A stretch of 64,000 nucleotides of DNA from Stegostoma tigrinum (Eukaryota): NCBI RefSeq assembly GCF_030684315.1, contig NC_081360.1, forward strand, positions 36,749,818 to 36,813,817, read 5' to 3'. The position numbers and the translations under genes were made by a program. This document shows, in pieces, positions 54,401-64,000 of the stretch. Within the stretch, counting starts at the first letter, position 1. Each line of letters opens with the position of its first letter. The notes under the pieces are model-generated. The model was not told the DNA's origin. It did no database searches and was given only the letters and a program-made list of their open reading frames with translations.

Positions 54401-57400
54401 CATTCTTTGAGTTTAAAACACTGTGCAAGGCTAAGTGGCTAATGCTCTGGAGTGGGACCTCTGGATAACTTCCCCTGTCTGCAATCCATACTGAAGCCAT
54501 GTGAAGATAACCAGTCCCCCACCTCAGCAAATTCTGAAAATCAATCCTGGGTCCATGTTTTTATAACCATCACAGCATCTAATTCTGATAAACCCAAAAT
54601 CTGTTCCTCTATTATCTTGATTGCTATATTATTCCAAATATTTAACACTATGAAGAGTTTTCCTGCCACCTATTCTCAGTTTACTTATCAGTAATTTTTG
54701 TTTATTTAGGAAAAGTTTATTTATCTTACACTGTAATTTGAAGGCAATCATTATATTTATGCCAGAACTGAACTCCTGCGAATATTAACTTGGGGTTCAT
54801 TGACTTACCCGATTTTTCTTAAGGTTGGAGAGCTCATCGATGACAACAATTTGTTCTTTTATCTGTTAAAACAAAGTTACGTTTTACATTGAAAAAGACA
54901 GTAAGGAAACAAACAACTGTAACCCAGTAGACACTGCAGTTCAGCCAAAATGTCAACTTTGAACGGATTTCTCTCAAAAATTGCAAATATTTTTGTTGTC
55001 TTTATGGTGTTGTGAAATGCAACGAGCAGAGCGTTATTCATTCCTTTTAAAAATGACTATATTTGATCCTTTGAAAATTAGTAACCCTCTATTTTCTCCC
55101 CTGCACGCACAATCTCTGAAAGCCAGTTTTAATCAGCTCGGCCATCCTTTTAGGCACTGCATTCAAGCTCATACTCATTCATTGCATTTAGAGGTCCTTC
55201 CTCAAGTCACTTTTAGCTCTTTTGCCAACCACTTTAAATCAATATTTGACATACTTGCCTTTTGTCAATGGGAAATTTCTCTCTATTTACTTTGTTTATT
55301 CAGCATGATTTTGAACACCTATCAAGTCTCCACTCAATCTCTTCCTCTTTAAGGAGAACAACTGCAGAGTTGTTCACCTGTGTATTTTTCTGTGCTTTTT
55401 AAGAAATCTTCACAGCCTTCTGAAAGTGCAGCGCCAGAAGTGGACATAATGCTTTAGTTGGTGGTATTAATGCCAAGGTCATGGGTTCAATCCCCATACT
55501 GACCAAGTCGTCAAGCTTCCATCGATGATTGACATTACTTGTGTTTGCTTGAAGGATGTCTTCCTGACAATTCTGTGTGGCTGTCTCAACTTTTAGAACA
55601 GCACGGTGGCTCAGTAGTAAGCACTGCTACCTCACAGCACCAGGGACCTGTGTTTGAGTGGAGTCTTGAGCTACTGACTGTGTGGAGTAATCACATTGTC
55701 CCCATGTCTGCATGAGTTTCCTCCAGATGCTCTAGTTTCCTCCCACAGTCCAAAGATGTGCAGGTTAGGTGGATTGGCTGTACTAAATTTCCCAATATGG
55801 GTTAGCCGTGATAATTACAGGGTTACAGGGATAGGGTAGGGGATGCTCTTCAGAGGGTCAGTGTGGACTAATGGGCCAAATGGCCTGTGTCCACACTGCT
55901 GGGATTCCACAATCAATGAGGCTGAACCAATTTTCTGCAAAGGTTCATCATAACTTGCTTTTTCACACAATGCTTCTATTTAGAATGCATAGGACCCTAT
56001 AAACATTTTTTTCAAAACTACTTTTGAACCTGCTCTGCCATCTTCAATGATTTGAGCACATATAGACCTTGATGACATTTTCCTGCACATCTTTAGAAGT
56101 ACAGCCTTTATGTTACATCACCCTTCCGACCAACATTCCCTCAGCCACTCCATAGGTTTCTCACATGGCAATCAGCATTTGTTTCTGGAAGTTGCAGCCA
56201 GGAAAATTATGGGAATGCTGTTTCTTATTAAAATGCATCCCTTTGCACTTCTCAACATTAATTTGCTTTCATCATGTCTACATGTTCAACTAGCGTGTCT
56301 ACGACCTCAAATTCTCTCACTGCACTCTTTATAATTTGATATACTTCCACATTTTATGTCATGCATTCACTGTAGTAGGGTTTCAACTTCTCAGCATGCT
56401 CTGCCAAAGTAGTTTGTTGTGAATTTGTTGTTAGATTTCTTAATGTCTGTCTTATACTGATGGCTTCTAGTTATGCCCATATCCGTAAATGTAAGCAGTC
56501 TTTGTACATACAGTCTATCAAAAACGTTCTTAATTTACTGATGTCAAATGAAGTCAACATAAGCTTTTCAATTAAACTAAACATGTTACTTATTTATCCG
56601 TGATGAAAGTTTACATGCTAAAAAAAACTTCGATGTTATCAGCAGAAATTTTACCAATGAAAATCTGTTGTTCTAATATGCTGAATTGAATTCTATGATG
56701 TACAAAAGCTCAAAGGGCCAGCCTTCTTTAACAGAAGATTGCCTTTTTAAAAAGTGGACAAAAAGTTGAAGTTACCAAGCACTGACTGTTCTTCAAACAG
56801 GAAGTTATGTTCAAACTTTATTTATAAGCATAATCAAACTCTCCCTCAATTACATAAATTTTAATTATATTTTAATGTTATAGCTTGATCATAGGTTAAC
56901 GGTCAGCTAAACAGAGGTGCACTGAACAACCATTACCCAACAATTATTTCAATGCCATCTTCTTTGCCAATAAGCATCTTATGCATCACTTCAAACACCT
57001 TTATGAAGTCATTATACATCACAATCAATTCTGTTCCTTCATCAAAATTCAATAAAGTTTGATAACACAATTTGCCTGACAATTCTATGCTGGCTTTCCT
57101 TTACTAATTTATGTTTGTACAAGTGACATTAACTTTGTCCCTGATGTTCCATGTTCAGGCCTGATCCGAATCAGCCCCATTCCGCCTACTACCCTTTCAC
57201 CACATAAGACTTTCGCAGTCCATTTTAGTGTTGTTTCATACTTGTTCATTGGTCCTTTCTTATTTTCTTTTTATTTCCGTTCCAAACGTTATACATTCAG
57301 CTCATAATCTGTTTTCTACTCATTGTTATTCCTTATCTATTTTGTTATCCAGAGAATTCCAAATTTGGTTATCCTACCTTGCCCTCTCAGGAAATGTCTC

Positions 57401-58803
57401 TCCACCACACTTAAACCATCTCGTCTTTACAAATAGATTAAAATCAATTAGGTTTCCCCAATTCGCAATAAACAACTGCACCTCCCAGTCACAAACCATT
57501 TCCACTCCCCCTCCCATTCTTTAGATGACATGTCCATCATGGGCCTCCTGCAGTGCCACAATGATGCCACCCGAAGGTTGCAGGAACAGCAACTCATATT
57601 CCACTTGGGAACCCGGCAGCCCAATGGTATCAATGTGGACTTCACCAGCTTCAAAATCTCCCCTTCCCCCACCGCATCCCAAAACCAGCCCAGTTCGTCC
57701 CCTCCCCCCACTGCACCACACAACCAGCCCAGCTCTTCCCCTCCACCCACTGCATCCCAAAACCAGTCCAACTTGTCTCTGCCTCCCTAACCTGTTCTTC
57801 CTCTCACCCATCCCTTCCTCCCACCTCAAGCCGCACCTCCATCTCCTACCTACTAACCTCATCCCACCTCCTTGACCTGTCCGTCTTCCCTGGACTGAGC
57901 TATCCCCTCCCTACCTCCCCACCTATCTTCTTTTCTCTCCATCTTCAGTCTGCCTCCCCCTCTCTCCCTATTTATTCCAGAACCCTCACCCCATCCCCCT
58001 CTCTGAAGAAGGGTCTAGGCCCAAAACATCAGCTTTTGTGCTCCTGAGATGCTGCTGGGCCTGCTGTGTTCATCCAGCCTCACATTTTATTATCTTGGAT
58101 TCTCCAGCATCTGCAGTTCCCATTATCACTCATAGGTTTCCCCATTAATTTGATTCCAAATTACCAGGACAGATCTGTTCTCAATGCTTTAAAATTGATT
58201 TTGGATCACTTTTCCAAGCTGATTTAAACTCTAAGAATAGCTAACCACTCAAATGGTTGTTAAAATAAAGATTTTACGATTTCTGCATTTAAAAATAATA
58301 ATGTGCAAACTGTCAAGGCTCCTACGTTTAGCGGGTTACTTACACGGTAAAGATTCACATCAAAGGCAAGCCTGAGAAATCAGTTCAAACTATTTTCATT
58401 TTTGAAACGTTGTAAAAATTCAAATGTGAAACGGTTCAAGATGCATTCAAGAGAGAACTGGATGATTCCGAACATGCAAGGGATGGCGAAAAAGCAGGAG
58501 GTTGGCACTCGGTAATATTGGTCATCTGAAAAGCTGGTGCAGGCACGAGGGGCCGACTGGCATCCATCTGCACACGCAGATTTTGATTCTACGGCTGCCA
58601 AAGTGAAGGACATATCTTGCAACCCTGTAGCAGGGCAGGTTCACCAGGGAATTGTTACTCATGGGTATGGCTCCTGCTGCCAAAGCGACGTGGCTAGGAA
58701 CAAGTTCTTGTTAACTCTGAATTGCTAGGAATCATACCTGTTTACTTAATTCTTCTCTCCGGACTCCCTCACTATCTGCTACTTTGCTTGAGACGGCCGC
58801 CAT
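51421..58803 (-). CDS. ASDURF: ASNSD1 upstream ORF protein (prefoldin-like, PAQosome subunit), 86 aa, 4 exons
   Basis: Exons 58803-58738, 54862-54809, 53074-52999, 51485-51421 (261 nt, GT-AG): [86 protein letters not shown]. Closely resembles human ASDURF as I recall it ([34 protein letters not shown]). Confidence 0.93.
52999..53074 (-). CDS. ASDURF: ASDURF exon 3 (76 nt)
   Basis: tttcag|AGAGTT...AAAT|gtaagt. Confidence 0.9.
54809..54862 (-). CDS. ASDURF: ASDURF exon 2 (54 nt)
   Basis: ttaacag|ATAAAA...CGG|gtaagt. Confidence 0.9.
55460..55505 (+). pseudogene. Degenerate 3' half of a tRNA-Ile(AAT)-like sequence
   Basis: gtggtattaatgccaaggtcatgggttcaatccccatactgacca resembles the 3' half of vertebrate tRNA-Ile(AAT) with CpG decay; 5' half missing. 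Confidence 0.45.
55598..55910 (+). mobile_element. V-SINE (HE1-like)
   Basis: cagcacggtggctcagt head plus V-domain. Confidence 0.7.
57461..58132 (+). mobile_element. Penelope-like element 3' fragment in ASDURF intron 1
   Basis: Same sequence as the right arm of the 12.6-16.1 kb element; 12-bp TSD taggtttcccca 57449-57460 / 58133-58144. Confidence 0.9.
58738..58803 (-). CDS. ASDURF: ASDURF coding exon 1
   Basis: gtgATGG Kozak context; donor CAG|gtatga. Confidence 0.85.
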
Positions 58804-58945
58804 CACCTCGTCTTCACCGTCCAACACTGACTCCACTCCCCTCGGGTTGTTTCCATGTGCGGCTGCCGGAAGTACACCCCGTGACAACACGCATGCGCGA
58901 CGGTGGCAGACTACGCTCTCTAGCGCTTCCGGCGCCGAGCAGTTT
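58804..58945 (-). promoter_or_regulatory. CpG-rich housekeeping promoter / 5' leader of ASDURF-ASNSD1
   Basis: ETS/GABP CCGGAAGT 58866-58873 and CTTCCGG 58926-58932; NRF1-like CGCATGCGC 58890-58898; CpG enrichment. Confidence 0.7.
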
Positions 58946-59060
58946 TGGAGGTCACATTGCATCAACATTCACAACAGCGGTCAACTGGAAAGAGGGTTTG
59001 GAGAAGTTGGAGACTGAACTTCTCAATGGTGTAGCACGACAATCAATGTCACTCACTATG

Positions 59061-59219
59061 ATAATGGGAACTGCAGATGCTGGAGAATCCAAGATAACAA
59101 AGTGTGAAGCTGGATGAACACAGCAGGCCAAGCAGCATCTCAGGAGCACAAAAAGTTTTTGTGCTTCTGAGATGCTGCTTGGCCTGCTGTGTTCATCCAG
59201 CTCCACACTTTGTTATCAC
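59061..59219. mobile_element. Short fold-back Penelope derivative next to ASNSD1 promoter
   Basis: TSD tgtcactcactatg 59047-59060 / 59220-59233. Confidence 0.85.
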
Positions 59220-59984
59220 TGTCACTCACTATGTTGCGTCTGGCGACCAAAACTAAAGGAAATTGAAAAACATATCCTCAAACCACTGGTAACACCTATG
59301 TTGCATGGAGCAAGAATAGCATTTCAAACTTTAAACAACAAAGTCAAAATAAGTCTAAAGTTGTAGAAAATAAAGTAGATTTAATTTCTCAGTTGGTTTA
59401 AAATAGCAGAAATAACAAAAACAAAGAGTCCAGAAAATTAAGGAACATTCTAGAATTGTTTACAAAAATGTTAGAACCAAACCCACTCAAAATTTTGTCT
59501 GTGATCCTGCAATGCACAGGTTAATCTAATTGGCCATCATTTGGCAAGCAACAGGATCAAAAAATTGTAGCAGTTATTACAAATTTCAAAGCTCAACGGA
59601 AAATATTTGAAATTAAACATCACAGTTAAACTTATTCCAGCCAACAGTTGTATCAACCCATGTATAAATAATTAATTAGAAAATGGTTGTACACAAAACA
59701 AAATAAAAAATTATTCAGTTCGTAAAAAGTCTGTCACAAAAACATTAAAAAAAACATATCAACTAAATCATTGTAAACCATAATATTTCTCTGCCTGAAA
59801 CAAGTAACATCCATAACTTTTGTGTTCAAATCTGAAAAATTCTTATGTGAGTAGCAAATAGTCAATTCCAAAATGTCTTATGTTATCTTCTCTAAGTTGG
59901 TAACTCCCTTAACTTTTATGCAAGAAGGTGATGTATTAAAAAATAACGAGCAATATAAGTTAATATTGCAATTCGTAAAATCCC

Positions 59985-60252
59985 TACAACATGCAGGCTG
60001 GTCATTCAGCCCATACTGACCCTCTAAAGAGCATCATGCCCAGAACCATGCCATCCCTGTTACCCTGTGTCCCCCATGGCCTATCTACCTACACTTCTTT
60101 GGACTGTGGGAGGTAATTGGAGCACAGGAAGGAAACCCACACAGATACAGGAAGAATGTGTCAACTCCACACAGACAGTCACCCAAGGTTGGAATTGAAC
60201 CCAGATCCCTGGCTCTGTGAGCTAGCAGTGCTAACCACTGAGTCACCATGCT
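59985..60252 (-). mobile_element. V-SINE (HE1-like)
   Basis: Similar to 24950-25256. Confidence 0.7.
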
Positions 60253-63200
60253 CCCCAGTACAATTCAGTACTACGGAAGTGCTATGTTGTCACTGCTGTC
60301 TTGTAGATAAAAACCTGTCCTCCTGTACTCAAGTGGATATTCAACATCCCATTACACTACTCTTTCAAAACTTAACTGTCAATTGAAAACATGTGGAATC
60401 TTGGCAAAATTGCTACTCCATTTCCCCAACGTAATATGCACCAAATTTCAAAGGAACTCATTTGACATCAAGTACTTTGAATTGCCTTTGAGAAATGCTA
60501 AATCAAAGTTTTTTTTCCCTACATTATTAAGGAATTGACTAAAGCAAGAATACAGGTGGAAAAGGCCAACTGGATAGGCAAATAGTAATTAGGAGATACG
60601 GAACTTAGGCTATTAAAGCCTAAAGATGACAGAAAGAAGCAAAGCCTATTGGAAGTAAACTTTTCCACAATTTTGAGATTAGAGGAGAGAGCTTTGAAAT
60701 GGATGTCTGAATGATACATCTTGAATTCAGGAGTGATATTGCAAGAAAAGGAGAAGACTAATAGAGTGTATATTGAACTAAGAATGCCAGCGCATAAATA
60801 TTTCTTATAATATAGTAAAAGCTATGATTTCAGAAATGTTAGGAACAATATTCATGTCATTAAGATACTATAACTACTCAAACATGCCACATAAAAATTG
60901 TGAGATTCAGCTACTGTCATTTACCAGATATCAAGGTTTATAAATGCAGATCTGATTTTTTGTTAACAGTAGAGCTTCACAACATTATATCTATTAAGCT
61001 GTTGATTTTTGAGAGTGGCATAACTTAAAATGGGTAATTCTCAACAACAAAGCAATTACAGAGTTATAGAAATATACAGCATGGAAACGGACCCTTCAGT
61101 CCAATGTGTCCATGCCAACCAGATATCCTAAATAAATCTAGTCCCATTTGTCAGCATTTGACCTATATCACTTGAATGCTTTCCTATTCATATACCCTCC
61201 AGTTGCCTTTTAAATGGTTGTAATTGTACCAGCTCCCACTGCTTCCTTGAGCAACTCATTCCATACACACACTATTCCTTAAGTCCCTCTTAAATCTTTC
61301 CCCTCTCACCTTAAACCCACACCCTCTAGTTTTGGACTCCCTTGCCCTGGGGAAAACACTACATCTATTTGCCCTATCCGTACCCCTCATGATTTTATAA
61401 ATCTCTATTAGGTCACCCTTCGGCCTCTGATGCTCCAGGGAAAATAACCACAGCCTATTTAGTCGCTCCTATTCAGTTTGTTGGGGAGTGTAGAGTGGAC
61501 AAGGGAGTTGCAGAGAGAACGGTCCCTGCGGAAAGCAGATAGAGGTGGGAAGAGGAATATCTCTTTGGTGGTGGCGTCTGATTACAGGTGGCAAAAGGTG
61601 GCAGAGGAGGAGGCGTTGGATTCAGAGGTTAATGGGATGATATGTGAAGATCGGGGCACTCTATCTTTTTTGTTGGGGGTAGGGAGTTTGAGGGCAGAAG
61701 GGCAGGAAGTACAGGAGATGTGGTTGAGGACATTATTAATCATGGGAGAGGGGAAGTTATAGTCCTTCCAATATAAATTCAGTTACTTTCTGGCTAATGG
61801 AGAGACAATGGTGTAGTGGTATTATCACTAGACTAGTAATCCAGAGACCAAGATAATGTTCCAGGAACCCAAGCTTGAATCATGCCAATTGAATTTAATA
61901 AAAAACAATTTGGAATTAAAAGTCTAATGATGACCAGAAAACACCAAGTGTTGGAAAAACACATCTAGTTCATTACTATCCTTCAGGGAAGGCAACTGCT
62001 ATTGTTACCTGGTTGAACCAACATTTGAGTCCAGATCCATGACTCTTGACTGCCTGTGAAATGGCCCAGCAAGCTACTCAGTTGTAACAACAGTTAGAAA
62101 GTCTTAAAAAGAATAAAACCAGATGGACCATTTGACTACAACCCACACACAACAACAAAAACAGCTCTCTTGACCCTGGAAAGTGCTCCTTACTAACATT
62201 TAGGGGCTGGGGCCAAAACTGTGAGAGCTGTCTCACAGGCTATTCAAGCAAAAGCCTGTTTTAGTCATACTCAGGGAATCATACCTTACTCACAAGGTGC
62301 CAGACAGAACCATCACCATCTCTGAAATTGTTTTTTTCTTTCTGGTAAGACAGACCTAGCAGAGGTGGAAGCACAATGGTACACAGTTGGAGAGAGTTGC
62401 CCTGGAACTCCTCAACAATAATGCTGGATCTCATGAAGTCCTGTGGCATCAGGTCAAGCATGGATTAGAAATCTGCTAAATACCATGTACTGTCCACCAT
62501 TGGCAAAAGAAACAGTGCTTTTCCATTTTGAATACAGTTTGAAGAAAGCCCAGAACGTAATTTGGGTGGGGTATTTCAATGTCCAAAGAGTACAGATCCA
62601 ATCTACTCAACGTCTCCTCATAAAACAGGCCACCCATGCCTAGTATCAGCCTTGTGAACTTTCTCTGCCCTGTCTGCAATGCCGGTATATCTTTCCTTAG
62701 ATAAGGGCTTCAAATTGTTCATGGTATTCCAGTTGTGGTCTGACTAGTGCTTTGAATAATTTTAGTAAAACCTCCCTATTCTTATAGCTCATACCCTTTG
62801 AAATAAGTGTCAACATACCATTTGCCTTATCTGTTACCCACTGAACTTGTATGCTAGCTTTTTGTCATTCATGAATGAGGACTCCCAAACCCATCTATCC
62901 TGTAGCTTTCAGCTGTCTTTTTCTAATTAAACAATATTGAGCTCTATCTACAAAATACAGTTCAGAAATTCAACAAGGCTCCTTAGACAGTGCCTTCCAT
63001 GATGCATCTAGAAGGATAGAGGTAGCAGATAAATGAGAACACCATTGCCTACAAGTTCCCCTGCAAGCCGCTCACAATCCTGACCTGGAAATACATTGTT
63101 GTTCCTTCTCTGTTTCTGGGTCAAAATTCTGGAATTGCCTCCTTAATGGCATTGTGAGTGTACTTAAGCACAAGGACTATAGGGGTTCAAAAAGGCAGCT

Positions 63201-64000
63201 CACCGCTGTCTTCTGAAAAGCAACTATGAACAGTCAACGAATATTGGCACAGCTGGCATTGCCCATATCTCATGGTTAATTTTTTTAAAATAAGAGTCCC
63301 TCATGTTCCTGAAATACCACACCTGCAGAATGTCAGGCAATACTGAAACAGAGAGAAATATAACGTAAAGAATGGGCTATTGTCTCTCCTTCTAAGCTGA
63401 AAACCACATCTTGTAGACCTATTCTGTTTTGACCTTCTAAGAATGTAAAAAAATAAATGGATTCAAAACTAACTGCAACACTAATGTGTGTGTGTCAGTG
63501 GCCTGATATCATTGTGAAGGCTACAGATCTGAGAAGAGACATTTAAACATGTTTGCCTTGCAAGCAAAGAAAGAAGCAAGATTTTCTCTCACTCTGTACA
63601 AGCTCTACACCTTTTTATCGTGTTCATCCAGCTCTATCCCTTGCTATTCCTACGATCTGCTTGGCCTGCTGTGTTCATCCAGCTCTACACCTTGTTATCT
63701 TGGATTCTCCAGCATCTGCAGTTCCTATTATCTCTGATTTCTCTCACTCTGAATGCTTCCAGTCAGCCACTGTCAACAAGAGTTTCAATCAACCTACAAA
63801 GCCATGAATTTCAAAATCAACTAGATTGTCAATGTTACTGGTAACCTTCACAGCAATGGCTGCAACATTCAATTATCCATTCTTATCAAACAATTCAGAG
63901 ACTGATTTTCATTTTTTAAAAAATCTCATTTGCTTTTCAAGGCTAACCTCTCTTTTCCAATCTGTGTGTATGTGTGTTGCATTACTACTTCTATTCAAGT

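Noticed and set aside
55460-55505. Functional tRNA gene
   Set aside because: Only a degenerate 3' half; no D-arm or acceptor 5' strand.
58804-58968. In-frame upstream extension of ASDURF exon 1 (78-aa ORF in track)
   Set aside because: It runs through the ETS/NRF1 promoter motifs, probably upstream of the TSS, and has no similarity to known ASDURF; ATG 58803 has the better context.
198-63735. Dispersed near-identical short repeats as a CRISPR-like array or classical MITE family
   Set aside because: Not regularly spaced, eukaryotic context, variable 11-17 bp TSDs, and sequence identity with Penelope termini.

Overview
Eukaryotic (vertebrate) genomic DNA, AT-rich and repeat-dense. The SINE/LINE/Penelope repertoire (V-SINE/HE1-like, DeuSINE-like, CR1) points to a cartilaginous fish, probably a shark (inference). 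Four spliced protein-coding units can be assembled by hand with canonical GT-AG introns and continuous frames: (1) the 5' part of ANKAR (- strand, running off the left edge); (2) an 8-coding-exon, 271-aa stand-alone sugar-1-phosphate nucleotidyltransferase-like gene (+ strand), head-to-head with ANKAR across a CpG-rich promoter with an RFX X-box; (3) ASNSD1 (- strand, 625 aa); (4) an 86-aa four-exon upstream ORF (ASDURF, prefoldin-like) sharing an exon with ASNSD1, i.e. a bicistronic mRNA that the ORF track misses. The non-coding space is dominated by a Penelope-like retroelement family (RT + GIY-YIG) with inverted termini carrying minimal hammerhead-ribozyme cores, plus a series of short fold-back derivatives, each with its own 11-17 bp target-site duplication. 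Decayed Gypsy, CR1, Rex1/Babar and RTE fragments fill the rest. No database searches were run; gene and family names come from recognising motifs.
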